Below, one piece after another: positions 9,907 to 19,977 of a stretch of 32,000 nucleotides of DNA (positions are counted from its first letter, which is position 1; the number at the start of each line of letters is the position of its first letter). Made by a program: the position numbers and the translations under genes. The notes beneath the pieces were generated by a model, which did no database searches, was not told the origin of the DNA, and was given only the letters and a program-made list of their open reading frames with translations. This stretch comes from Candidatus Hermodarchaeota archaeon (GTDB taxonomy: Archaea; Asgardarchaeota; Heimdallarchaeia; Hodarchaeales; Hodarchaeaceae), in NCBI GenBank assembly GCA_048886185.1, contig JBHLKY010000001.1:270001-302000 (forward strand), read 5' to 3'.

Positions 9907-10572
9907 TTAAATCTGTGTTTTGATAGTGGCAGGAAGAATATAAAATTCCAAATTAACTGGATCCCTCTCCCTCTCTCTTCGATTTATTACCATTAAGTTA
10001 TTCTTATGTTTTATTATTCCCCACTGTGGCTGTTTTAAATTAATACTCTCTTTAAGAGAGTCCCAATTTTTGTCTAAAGTTTTTATTCCGATCAATTGTA
10101 CATTAGAAAATAAATACTGCTTTGATTGAATACCTTCTAGTACTTTTGCCAATGGACGCATTAAATGAAACCAAACAATATTACTGAAGGGGAATGCCCT
10201 ACTTAACTTAATTAATTTCTTAATTTTAACATGTTTACACTCAATCCACATACTTGGGATCCATTCCTCCTTTGTGGGAATTTCTGATCTTCCCCAAGCA
10301 ATTAAATCAGGTCTATAACGATTCAAAGTATAACGTGGTTCGATAATGAGCTTTTTTTCCCAAAAATAACAATACGCAAGTACTTTAAGAATAACATGAA
10401 GGTTAGATTCTTTTCGACGTTTATGTAGTATTATCCGTCGAGATTCCGTTTCTGCTGTTACAAAATTCTCCCAAATTAGTTTTAAAGGTAATGTACGAGA
10501 AAGTGGGTTGTTCATTATGCTTCCTGAAATTATGTGGCCAAATAATAATAAATTTTCATTTTCAAAGATCAA
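9907..10572 (-). CDS. YaeQ-like / PD-(D/E)xK nuclease-fold protein
   Basis: ES..HVILKVLAY...IE...Y.PDL...WIECK pattern. The TTG start overlaps the TGA of the upstream ABC gene (TTGA), suggesting translational coupling. Confidence 0.55.
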   Translation of the reverse strand: MIFENENLLLFGHIISGSIMNNPLSRTLPLKLIWENFVTAETESRRIILHKRRKESNLHVILKVLAYCYFWEKKLIIEPRYTLNRYRPDLIAWGRSEIPTKEEWIPSMWIECKHVKIKKLIKLSRAFPFSNIVWFHLMRPLAKVLEGIQSKQYLFSNVQLIGIKTLDKNWDSLKESINLKQPQWGIIKHKNNLMVINRRERERDPVNLEFYILPATIKTQI

Positions 10573-12392
10573 CTTGAAATTTTTGTTTGTACAGTAATTG
10601 GTTCCCAGTCTAAGCTTTGATGCTCATAATATTGTTTATACAGCTGATTGTATTTACCTCTCTGAGCAAGTAAGGATTCATGAGTACCCTCTTCAATGAT
10701 TTGTCCCTTCTCCATGACAATGATTCGATCCGCCTTTAAAATGGTGGAGAGCCTATGAGCAATAATGATCGAGGTTCGACTAGATAAAAGCACTTCAAGC
10801 GCCTCTTGAATGATTGCTTCTGTGTAGGCATCTACTGATGATGTTGCTTCATCGAGAATGAGAATTTTAGGATCAGTCAATAAGGCGCGGGCAAAACTCA
10901 CAAGTTGTTTTTGGCCAGCAGAAAGGCCTCCTCCCCTTTCCCCTACTTGAGTCTGAAGACCGTCAGGTAAATAAGCTATTAGCTCATCTACATGAACAGC
11001 TCGTATCGCATCCCAAAGATCCTCTTCTGAAGCATCCTGTCTCCCATATCTTATATTTTCATCGATTGTTCCTGAAAATAGGAATACATCTTGTTGCACC
11101 ATTCCAAGGTTTTTTCTATAAGAATCCAATTTCAGGTCCCGAATATCAATTCCATCAATCATAATGGATCCGCCTTGGAATTCATAAAATCGCGCTAGTA
11201 GGTTGACCAAGCTAGATTTTCCCGCTCCCGTATGTCCTACTATAGCGAGCTTTTCTCCTTTTGCTATTCTCAGATTAAAACCTTTAAAAACCCATTCGCC
11301 ATCTCTATAACTGAAATCAACATCTTTAAAGACAATCTCCCCTTTTAATTCATGGATATCTTGTTGTTTTGGATTTTGTTTTACAGTGGATTCAGAGTCT
11401 AGAATGTCAAGAATCCGTTCATATGCCGCCATACCAGCACTAAGTTCAGGAAAAAAGGTAGCCAGAAACATGATCGGGCGAAAAAACCGCTGTATATAGA
11501 GAATATACATCAAAATAACCGCAACAGATGATATTCCCTGAACAATAAGTTGGCTACCAAGATAGACGATTATTACTAGGATAATTGCGGTAATAGTTTC
11601 TAGAATCGATCTCCAAACGTGTGTAACAGCCGTTAATCGATAAGCTGATCCGAAATATTCTTTGTTTGTATTATGAAATTGTTCAGATACCGTAGCTTCC
11701 TGACCGTAGCTTTTACAGACTTGAATACCTTCAATGGATTCTATCATTGCATTATTAACATTACCGATTGATTTCCTATACGCTCGACTTACAATTCTGG
11801 CTAGTTTTCTTAGAGAAAACATCAATAAAAAGAGGAAAGGAACACCCGCTAAAGTAATCAGGGCCAGTATTGGATTTAGCCAGTAAAGAATCCCGAATGT
11901 TAGAAGGCTTACAAGTAAATTCCCCATAGTTTCAGCTATCAAAATAGTTGTATTTCCAAAATCTAGTGCATCGTTTGAAACTCTTGAATTAAGACTCCCA
12001 CTGAGATACTTATCAAAGAAACTCATATCTTGTTCTTGTAATTTGTCAAAAATATCCATTCTGAGGTCTTCTAAAAAGAATGGCATAAAATTTCCTACTT
12101 CTCGTCTCCTTAAACTGAATGTTATCCATATTATTGCAGAAAAGAAGAGATAAATTATTCCTGCCCCAATAGCTATTGAAAGATCAAGAGTGATTTCTTC
12201 AAGTTCCTCAACTGCAAATCCAACTATGAGTGGGATTATTATATCAGCTATTGTAGATATTAAAATTAAAATAGAGATCAATGTAATACTTCTCTTAAAT
12301 GGAGTAATCCTTTGAAGGTATCGAGCGATGAGTTCCCTATCTGTATATTCTCGTTCTCGTTTTTCGCTGAATAATCCTCTATAGAGTCCCAT
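10569..12392 (-). CDS. ABC exporter (type IV, TMD+NBD), subunit carrying the catalytic Walker B Glu
   Basis: TM domain, Walker A GHTGAGKS, signature LSAGQKQ, Walker B ILILDEAT, H-loop IAHRL. Confidence 0.92.
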   Translation of the reverse strand: MGLYRGLFSEKREREYTDRELIARYLQRITPFKRSITLISILILISTIADIIIPLIVGFAVEELEEITLDLSIAIGAGIIYLFFSAIIWITFSLRRREVGNFMPFFLEDLRMDIFDKLQEQDMSFFDKYLSGSLNSRVSNDALDFGNTTILIAETMGNLLVSLLTFGILYWLNPILALITLAGVPFLFLLMFSLRKLARIVSRAYRKSIGNVNNAMIESIEGIQVCKSYGQEATVSEQFHNTNKEYFGSAYRLTAVTHVWRSILETITAIILVIIVYLGSQLIVQGISSVAVILMYILYIQRFFRPIMFLATFFPELSAGMAAYERILDILDSESTVKQNPKQQDIHELKGEIVFKDVDFSYRDGEWVFKGFNLRIAKGEKLAIVGHTGAGKSSLVNLLARFYEFQGGSIMIDGIDIRDLKLDSYRKNLGMVQQDVFLFSGTIDENIRYGRQDASEEDLWDAIRAVHVDELIAYLPDGLQTQVGERGGGLSAGQKQLVSFARALLTDPKILILDEATSSVDAYTEAIIQEALEVLLSSRTSIIIAHRLSTILKADRIIVMEKGQIIEEGTHESLLAQRGKYNQLYKQYYEHQSLDWEPITVQTKISS

Positions 12393-12406
12393 AATCTAGC
12401 CTCAGT

Positions 12407-14179
12407 TTAGCTTACTATTAATTCTGGTAAAATGATATGTTTTCCAAAGATCCGTCTATAATCCTCTGATCTTTGTAATAATTCATTATGATTCCCCTCT
12501 GCAATATTTTTCCCATATTTGAGTACTATTATTTTATCAGAAGTCCTTATTGTATGTAACCGATGTGTAATGACCAATGTTGTTCTATTTCTTACAATAT
12601 TGGCCATAGCGCGCGTAATCTTCTCTTCCGTTTCACTATCTACTGCAGAAACGGAATCATCAAGAATTAGGATTTCAGGATCAGTTAGAAACGCGCGTGC
12701 GATCGCAACCCGTTGTTTTTCGCCACCAGAGAGGCGCGTTCCTCTCTCTCCAACAATAGTGTTGTATTCTTCTGGAAATTCCCGTGTAAATCCATCAACT
12801 TGAGCGAGTTCTGCTACGTCCATAATTTCTTCTTGAGTAGCATTTGGCTTACCGAAAGCAATATTTTCTCGTATTGTGCGGGAAAAAAGATATACATCTT
12901 GTTCGATATAGCCGATATGCTGTCTTAATGATTCCAGATGATAATTACGAATATCTATATCATCCAATAGGATCATTCCTTCCTGGGGCTCATAGAGACG
13001 CAATAATAATTTGACTAAGGTCGTTTTCCCGCATCCAGTTGGGCCTACAAGGGCCACTCTTTGATTTGGTTCAATGATAAAAGACAAATTTCTTAGGATA
13101 GGAATTTTATTTTCTCCATCATCTCCATATGCGAAGGTAACGTTTCTAAATTCAATTTTTCCATTAAAATTATCTGGCCATTCTATGAGTGTTGGTTTAT
13201 ATTCTTCCTCTTCTTCCAGTGAAAGACTTGTGTATAATCTGGAACAGGCAGCAAAACCGCTCATCATATCATTAGTAGCCCAAAAGATCATATTGGTAGG
13301 ATCAATTAATGTTATTAAGAGTAAATTTGCTGCTGTCAAGACACCTATGGTTAATGTACCTTGGAACACAAACACACAACTCGCTAGGAATATTGTCCCA
13401 ATACCAAGATATAGCACTAAAAGAGGATAAAATTTTGCTTGGACTCTGGTTTCTCCAATTCTATTATCACGAAATCCTATCACTGCTTTGTGAAATTTTT
13501 CACGTTCCAATTCTTCTGCTGTAAAGGATCTTACAACAGCAGCACCACTAAGACTGTCCTGTAAAACCACAGCAACATTTGAATGTGTTACCATACGTCC
13601 TGCAGCCCACGGAGCAATCCTTTTTCGATAATCTAAAACATAGTAAATGTAAAGAAGGATAAAAGGAGTACAGATAATTGCTAATCTCAGATCAAGGGTA
13701 ATTATCAAAAGAATACCAGCCATTATAATTTGAATGAACGGATAAATGTAAAAAGCTCCATGGCTGATCATAGTATTGATGATTCGTAAATCGTTTGTAG
13801 CCAAAGCCTGTAAATCACCCGTTCGAGCCTTATCATGATATCTTAATGGTTTATACTGAAGTGTATCAAAAAATTCTTGCCTCATGTTCTGTTCTGTCTT
13901 TAAACCGAGATAATGGCCTACCATCATACTAATATAATCCATAGCATTACGTAAAACGAATACAGTAAGTGCTATAGCGAGTAGTAATACTATATTAGTT
14001 AAATCGCGTGTTATAAGAGCATTATCAATGATATACCCAATAATAACAGGGATGATGACTCTTGATAATGTAACAATAGTAATACTAACAATTACACACA
14101 GTACCAAGAATTTTTGTTTGATAAGATGTGACAAAAACCACCTTTTATCACTCGAAATCTTTTTAATGTCTAAACTCAT
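12407..14179 (-). CDS. ABC exporter (type IV, TMD+NBD), subunit with degenerate Walker B
   Basis: Walker A GPTGCGKT, signature LSGGEKQ, Walker B ILILDDSV (E replaced by D), THRL. Confidence 0.92.
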   Translation of the reverse strand: MSLDIKKISSDKRWFLSHLIKQKFLVLCVIVSITIVTLSRVIIPVIIGYIIDNALITRDLTNIVLLLAIALTVFVLRNAMDYISMMVGHYLGLKTEQNMRQEFFDTLQYKPLRYHDKARTGDLQALATNDLRIINTMISHGAFYIYPFIQIIMAGILLIITLDLRLAIICTPFILLYIYYVLDYRKRIAPWAAGRMVTHSNVAVVLQDSLSGAAVVRSFTAEELEREKFHKAVIGFRDNRIGETRVQAKFYPLLVLYLGIGTIFLASCVFVFQGTLTIGVLTAANLLLITLIDPTNMIFWATNDMMSGFAACSRLYTSLSLEEEEEYKPTLIEWPDNFNGKIEFRNVTFAYGDDGENKIPILRNLSFIIEPNQRVALVGPTGCGKTTLVKLLLRLYEPQEGMILLDDIDIRNYHLESLRQHIGYIEQDVYLFSRTIRENIAFGKPNATQEEIMDVAELAQVDGFTREFPEEYNTIVGERGTRLSGGEKQRVAIARAFLTDPEILILDDSVSAVDSETEEKITRAMANIVRNRTTLVITHRLHTIRTSDKIIVLKYGKNIAEGNHNELLQRSEDYRRIFGKHIILPELIVS

Positions 14180-14286
14180 GTTACTTACGCATTCCTGTGG
14201 TAAAATTTTGTCTAATTCAAAGATTTACACTGATTCGATTTAATGATTATGGAATATGGTAAAGAAACTTGTAAACCTTATTTCCA

Positions 14287-15555
14287 TTATTTTTTAATCA
14301 TTTCGTATTCTTGGTTGTCGATGATATCTTTTAGAAGCTGTACAATTTGCCAAACTTCATGATATGAGTTGTAAAGCGCAACAGGAGCAATTCTAATGAT
14401 ATTAGGAGGACGAAAGTCAGTAATAACTCTTCGTGCTTTCAAAGCTTCAGTAATTCGAAATGCTTCGTCGTGTTCGATCGCTACATGTCCAGTTCTTTGC
14501 TTAGGGTCACGAGGTGTCCCTATCTCAAAGTTATAAGGAGTTCCAGTTAATAATTTATCAACTAAATCGATCAAGTAGGTGGTCAATTTTATCGATTTTT
14601 CACGAATGCGATCAATTCCAGCTTCTAGTGTGACAGCTAGAGCCCCTTCAATCGGTGCAGAACATAAGATATTAGAGCTGGAAATTTGCCATCCCCCTGC
14701 TGATTTAGTATGTTTAAAATCCAATTGCATTTCAAATTGTTTTTCTTTTATATATCCAAACCAACCTGTAAGTCCTGGTTCTTTGTGAAAATGTTTCTTA
14801 TTAATGTATAAAAAGGCGGTTCCACCTGGTCCTGAATTCAGATACTTATAGCTGCACCATACTGCGAAATCAACTCCCCATTTATCAAAATAATGAGGTA
14901 CGGCTCCAACGGAATGGGAACAATCAAATCCGATAGGGATTCCTCGTTCATGGGCTTCTAATGTCAAATAAGCTATGTCTAATAACTGGCCACTACGATA
15001 AAGTGCTGATGGCAGCATAACAAGAGCTATTTCATCTGTCATATAATCAACAATTTTTTTCTCATCCAAAAATCGTCCATTTGGAGGAACTAGTACTAAA
15101 TGTTGGGTGGGATCTAAACCCTTTAACTTTATCTGACTTTGTAGAGCATAAATGTCAGTTGGAAAATCAAGAGTATCGGCAAGAATTTTTGTCTTTTTAC
15201 CATCAGGGTGGTAAAATGTACTTACAAGTGAATGAAGATTGACCGTTGTTGTGCCTGTAGCAGCTACTTCAATTGGTTCAGCTCCAACCAATGGAGCAGC
15301 TATTGCTCCCAAATCTTCTCCAAAATACCACCATGGTCGTTCACCCTCAAACCAGCCAGAAATTCCAAAAGTTTTCCATTCTTTCACAACCCGTAATAGA
15401 GATCTCTCTGCATCTTTGGAAAGCAAACCAAGGGAGTTACCATCGACATAAATTGTATCTGAAGGAATATAGAAGCGGGAGCGAAAATTTGCCAAAGGAT
15501 CTTCTGAATCTAACTGGATAGCTTCCTCCTCATTGGTCGTAAATAGCTGAGTCAT
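14287..15555 (-). CDS. kynU: Kynureninase (PLP-dependent)
   Basis: DPLANFRSRF, YVDGNSLGL, FDCSHSVGAVP, WCSYKYLNSGPG (PLP Lys), DFRPPNIIRIAPVALYNS. The start is placed at the second Met (MTQLF, 15555). Confidence 0.93.
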   Translation of the reverse strand: MTQLFTTNEEEAIQLDSEDPLANFRSRFYIPSDTIYVDGNSLGLLSKDAERSLLRVVKEWKTFGISGWFEGERPWWYFGEDLGAIAAPLVGAEPIEVAATGTTTVNLHSLVSTFYHPDGKKTKILADTLDFPTDIYALQSQIKLKGLDPTQHLVLVPPNGRFLDEKKIVDYMTDEIALVMLPSALYRSGQLLDIAYLTLEAHERGIPIGFDCSHSVGAVPHYFDKWGVDFAVWCSYKYLNSGPGGTAFLYINKKHFHKEPGLTGWFGYIKEKQFEMQLDFKHTKSAGGWQISSSNILCSAPIEGALAVTLEAGIDRIREKSIKLTTYLIDLVDKLLTGTPYNFEIGTPRDPKQRTGHVAIEHDEAFRITEALKARRVITDFRPPNIIRIAPVALYNSYHEVWQIVQLLKDIIDNQEYEMIKK

Positions 15556-15654
15556 TTTTTTTACCTTGAAAAACATAAAAAAAGGGTCTCAATTATATTT
15601 TTTCTAGGAAATTTGATTTGTAGATTAGTGTTAAGATATAAAATATGGCTAATT

Positions 15655-15684
15655 GAAAAAAAAGGGAGTGGGGGGGAGAAAAAG
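15655..15684 (-). terminator. Probable archaeal oligo(T) terminator after the 1287-aa gene
   Basis: The minus strand reads TTTTTCTCCCCCCACTCCCTTTTTTT immediately after the stop codon. Confidence 0.35.
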
Positions 15685-18600
15685 TTACTTTTTTCTTCGA
15701 AGCCAAACCAATAATAGACTTAACGATAGGATAGAGAAAATTAATTCAAATCCGGATGCTCCAATTTCTGGGCCTTCTTTACTCTCAGGGGTTGTTGCAG
15801 TGGTTTCTTCAATGTTATTAATTTCAAAGAGATCTGATTGTAAGCTGGTAGTATCTGTTCCATCAGAGATTTCGATAATGATTCTATATCCAGTATCATC
15901 AGGATAAGCCGTACTGTCGAAAGAATATGTTGTATCAGTAGTGCCTGATTTTAATGTAATTTTTGTTCCATCTGGCTTAACAAGGATAATGGTAGATGTA
16001 AGAATATCTCCATCAGGATCACTGGCAGTCCAAGTAATGATTTCTGTACCACTGATAACATTATCTATATTTTCAAGTGTTCCTTCTGGAGCTCTATTCC
16101 CTATCTGAACTTTCACTCTAATGATCAATGGTGTTGTTTCATCACCTATTAATCCAATGACAAATGTGCGAACTCCCGCTGTGAGGCCCGACGGATTGTA
16201 GTGGAAAGTGAACGTCTTTTGATCAACTTCTGCCCAATTTGTGAATGATTGGGATTGTTCAACAAATGCCTCAGTCCATGCGAAAATTCTTCCAGAGGGA
16301 ACAGTTCCAATGCCTATGTTGGTTAACCTGACGATAATATCAAATTCTTCGTTTAAATCGACGTATGTTGGGGCGTTTATATCGTCAAATTCGACTGCAT
16401 GTGTGAATGTTTCATATCCCTCGAATGAGAAGTGAATATCTATCCCAGATATTGTCGTTAACACCATTTTGTACCTTAGAACTTGAGGGTAATTATTTGG
16501 ATAACTGTAATCAATGATATGAGTTTTGTAGCTAATAATATGGCCTGATTCTGTAAGAGCTCTTACACGTAAGACCATAACTTGTGGTTTTGAGATTCCA
16601 GCATCTCCTGCAACGGGGAAGACATCAATGAAATATTCTCCTTTAATAGGTGAGTGAATTGTTAGATTTTGTGAATCCGGTATGAGTCCTGAATAGGTAG
16701 TTCCAGGATATGCCTCTTCAAAGCCTGTTGTATAGTTGTAACCAACACTCATAGTTGAATTCCATAGGTAGATTGCAGAACCATCCACTGATTCCAAGGT
16801 AACTTCAAGCGAGTCCATTGGAATGTGTCCATAATAAACCTGCTGTGCAAGAATAGCTTGTACTGTCGCAAACACTGGAGGTTCTCCTCCCATGGTATTT
16901 TCCCAATAGGCTCTGGTGGAAGTCACATATATCATGTGAGTATTGAGATACTCTGTTATACTGTCATACCACCACTGATCACTATCACGTCCTGCCATAA
17001 GGAACGCTTTGCTTGCTGAAAGATACCAATAGTATTCAAATGAACGACCTGAATGTGGATTTCCACCAACAATCTGTCCAGAATTGTTAATCCAATCGAG
17101 GGCGGATAATATGTCAGGATCGTTTGGTTCAGATCCACTGAGATATAATCCCCAGATTCCTGCCGCTGTCATTGATCCATAGCTACTACTGCCCCAATCA
17201 CGCCAATCTTCAGTACTCGGAGTGTAGGTAAAGCCACCATCGTATCTCCAAATTCCTTCCTCGTCATATCCTCCTCTACAGCGCCTAACAAAAATATCGA
17301 CTTTATCCCAAAGATTAGGATCAAATGGATCCAATCCCCCAGGATTGAAGTTTTCATAGGTTGATAGTGTGAGGATTGCCCACTGACTTACAGAAAGATC
17401 AGACGATTGGTGATCGTCTCCATATCGCCAACCACCGTACCAGGGATCACTTAGATCTACGCTCCACGTTTCGTCATTTTGTGTATAGACCAACCATGCA
17501 ATAGCATCATCAATAAGTGAATCTAGAGCAGAATCGTACCCAGGGAGGGTCGCATTGTAAGCGAGTAAAGTAGTAGTTGCCATAGCAGTCTCATAAGTAC
17601 TATGATAGATTGACCTACCATCATCTTGATCAAAGCTAAAAGTATTTTGCAGGTATCCAATTGCATCTTCAACAACCTGATCATAAGCCAAACCTGCTTG
17701 GATGAAGCAGAGAGCAGCAAGAGCTGCCATTCCTGGTCTACCATATTCTTGCCCAGGTTGATAATCCCATGATCCATCGGGATTTTGTTGAGTTCGTAAC
17801 CAAGCTAATCCTTTGGTGATGGTACTTTCTGGTGAGGGAATCGTACCAGGGTCGATAGTGATTGAAATGGTGGTTTCCGAGGTCTTATAGGTCATATCAT
17901 ACGCTCTTATGGTTATTTCAATATTTCCTATGAGATCATGTGAAGGGAACCAAGTAAACCTAAAATCAGGCCCAGAGGCTGGTTCACCCCAATTCCATTC
18001 ATAAGGATTGTAAGTAAATAAAACCTCTTGACCAGAAAGAATCTGATAGTATAATATAGCAGATTCATCAATGCTTGTTCCAGTGATAGAGATTCCATAG
18101 TATTGCCCAAAATGTGCTCCATTTGTAGGTGTGGTAATGCTTACACTAGGTGGGGATGTATCTTCTGTTATATCTACTCTCACAGTAAGATCCTGAGTGG
18201 CAGTTGGGGGCTGATCGTAATCTGCATGGAGTACTTGAAAGAGCCATGGACTTGTGTATTTACCAATCTGTATCAAGTAATGATCCGTATTGATATTCCC
18301 CATCCATTCCTCCCATCGAATAATATCTCGATCCCAAATGCTGCGAAGGCGTCCAAAACCATCTAGATACCATATATCGAAATCGGGTAATCCCACATCT
18401 ACCGGTTCAGTTCGCTCTACCTGTAAGTGAAGAACATCATTAAAGTATTGTGGAACTATACCAAACAATTCAGAATCATTAACTGCGAGAGTCCCAAAAT
18501 TATATTCATCACCAGGCCCTAGAACTTGTATTGGGGAAATAGAGCTAATATCTATTGCAGTCGAGTAAGGAGCGACTGCATATGACATATTACAAGGGCT

Positions 18601-19548
18601 AAAAGGTTCATGATGATATAGTTCAACAATTGCTACTTCTTCAAAGTATATTGTTGGATTTGTGTCACCATAAAAATCGAAAGCTCTAAGTATCCCTCTT
18701 GAGATTGTCAGCTTTATTTCATTTAGACTATTTGATTGTAACCAGAATGTTTGTTCCCAATGTCCTATTGTCTCTCCAGTACTATTTCGTAATACTAATC
18801 GGATATAGTACGGTTCATCATTATTCATCCAATGAAAGAAACTTTGAAATGTAATATTTACTTCTAAATAGTCCGATGTGAGAGTTGCATCATGCATTAT
18901 GAACGATCCAATCTCCATTGGTTCATCAAAAGTATAAATGTCAAATATTTGAGGAATTAATAATAGAGGGTTCTCATCGGGATTGTAGGACCAATTTTCA
19001 TCAAAGATTTCATAGTTATATTGAGTGCTTCCATTCGCTAATTGAACGTGAGAAATCCGATATGGGCCAGCTAGTTTCAATGCTCTTAGTTGTGTGCAGT
19101 TGAAATGAACTGTAATATTGTGAATACCATTTGATAATGTCTGAAAATTGCTTTTTCCCCAGAAAAAATAACCTCCATCATAGTATCGGTCATTAGTATA
19201 TGGATCGGTGAATCTGCGTTGAAAAGTTTGATCATAGAGTGCTGCCATAACAATATAATCCGTTACGTATGTCGATGTAATTTCTACCTCAACATTGATC
19301 ATTAATATGTCAAAATCACCGTCAGGCTCAATATCATTAAGCCCATTATAGAAAATTCTTCCTGTTAGATGTCCTCGGGGATCATCTTGCATTATCTTAG
19401 TAGCAACAGTTGGAGAAGATGTCTGTATTCTTTGATCTTTATTTGCAAAGTTCGAAGATATATTTGTCAAATTTGTAGGTGACATTCCGAGAGAAAAAGC
19501 ACCAACCAAAAAGATTGCTATCAATATAATGAAATTTCTTTTTATCAT
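15685..19548 (-). CDS. Secreted/surface protein with prenyltransferase/squalene-oxidase-repeat (alpha6/alpha6) barrel, Ig-like domains and C-terminal anchor
   Basis: Signal peptide MIKRNFIILIAIFLVGAFS; QNPDGSW, YGGWRY, GGFTY repeats; Ig-like DTSPPSVSITTP and NRAP..DPDGD modules; Thr-rich linker then GFELIFSILSLSLLLVWLRRKK. AGGTGA SD upstream. Confidence 0.75.
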   Translation of the reverse strand: MIKRNFIILIAIFLVGAFSLGMSPTNLTNISSNFANKDQRIQTSSPTVATKIMQDDPRGHLTGRIFYNGLNDIEPDGDFDILMINVEVEITSTYVTDYIVMAALYDQTFQRRFTDPYTNDRYYDGGYFFWGKSNFQTLSNGIHNITVHFNCTQLRALKLAGPYRISHVQLANGSTQYNYEIFDENWSYNPDENPLLLIPQIFDIYTFDEPMEIGSFIMHDATLTSDYLEVNITFQSFFHWMNNDEPYYIRLVLRNSTGETIGHWEQTFWLQSNSLNEIKLTISRGILRAFDFYGDTNPTIYFEEVAIVELYHHEPFSPCNMSYAVAPYSTAIDISSISPIQVLGPGDEYNFGTLAVNDSELFGIVPQYFNDVLHLQVERTEPVDVGLPDFDIWYLDGFGRLRSIWDRDIIRWEEWMGNINTDHYLIQIGKYTSPWLFQVLHADYDQPPTATQDLTVRVDITEDTSPPSVSITTPTNGAHFGQYYGISITGTSIDESAILYYQILSGQEVLFTYNPYEWNWGEPASGPDFRFTWFPSHDLIGNIEITIRAYDMTYKTSETTISITIDPGTIPSPESTITKGLAWLRTQQNPDGSWDYQPGQEYGRPGMAALAALCFIQAGLAYDQVVEDAIGYLQNTFSFDQDDGRSIYHSTYETAMATTTLLAYNATLPGYDSALDSLIDDAIAWLVYTQNDETWSVDLSDPWYGGWRYGDDHQSSDLSVSQWAILTLSTYENFNPGGLDPFDPNLWDKVDIFVRRCRGGYDEEGIWRYDGGFTYTPSTEDWRDWGSSSYGSMTAAGIWGLYLSGSEPNDPDILSALDWINNSGQIVGGNPHSGRSFEYYWYLSASKAFLMAGRDSDQWWYDSITEYLNTHMIYVTSTRAYWENTMGGEPPVFATVQAILAQQVYYGHIPMDSLEVTLESVDGSAIYLWNSTMSVGYNYTTGFEEAYPGTTYSGLIPDSQNLTIHSPIKGEYFIDVFPVAGDAGISKPQVMVLRVRALTESGHIISYKTHIIDYSYPNNYPQVLRYKMVLTTISGIDIHFSFEGYETFTHAVEFDDINAPTYVDLNEEFDIIVRLTNIGIGTVPSGRIFAWTEAFVEQSQSFTNWAEVDQKTFTFHYNPSGLTAGVRTFVIGLIGDETTPLIIRVKVQIGNRAPEGTLENIDNVISGTEIITWTASDPDGDILTSTIILVKPDGTKITLKSGTTDTTYSFDSTAYPDDTGYRIIIEISDGTDTTSLQSDLFEINNIEETTATTPESKEGPEIGASGFELIFSILSLSLLLVWLRRKK

Positions 19549-19807
19549 TTAAAATATTTCACCTTTCATTATTTCTATTCAATTAATAAAAAAAAACTTG
19601 AGTTGAGATTGTCTACTAGCTCAGTAATCATATTATAAGAAATATTCCATATTATTTTATATCGTTTTTCACTTTTTAGTGTAGTAAATTGAACTAGATA
19701 CCGTTTAATGCAAGAATTTTACTCATAATAAACTTTAAAGAGATTTTGGAAGTATTAGCTTCAGAATTAAAAGTATTTTCAGTGATAATAGTATCTTATT
19801 AATTTTC

Positions 19808-19827
19808 AGGATGATATAAATCATCCT
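19808..19827. promoter_or_regulatory. Perfect 8-bp inverted repeat in a divergent intergenic region (possible operator)
   Basis: AGGATGAT-ATAA-ATCATCCT. Confidence 0.4.
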
Positions 19828-19977
19828 CTTTCTCTTCATCAAATAGAAAACATTTTATTCTCTGCATTGTGGAAGATCTACAACATATCCAAATTTTGTT
19901 AAAATAAATGAATACAGTGGATATCAAATGAAAGGTTTATACTAGGTTATCATCTGACATGAAATGGAGTCTTTTAA

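Noticed and set aside
12519-19103. Short antisense or off-frame ORFs over the ABC, kynU and barrel genes
   Set aside because: They overlap conserved genes and look like typical antisense shadows.
15685-19548. Calling this gene squalene-hopene cyclase or alpha-2-macroglobulin
   Set aside because: No DxDD or CxEQ motif is seen, and the secreted, anchored architecture does not fit a cyclase.
19868-19884. Imperfect inverted repeat TTGTGGA-AGA-TCTACAA
   Set aside because: Short, mismatched and expected by chance in AT-rich DNA.
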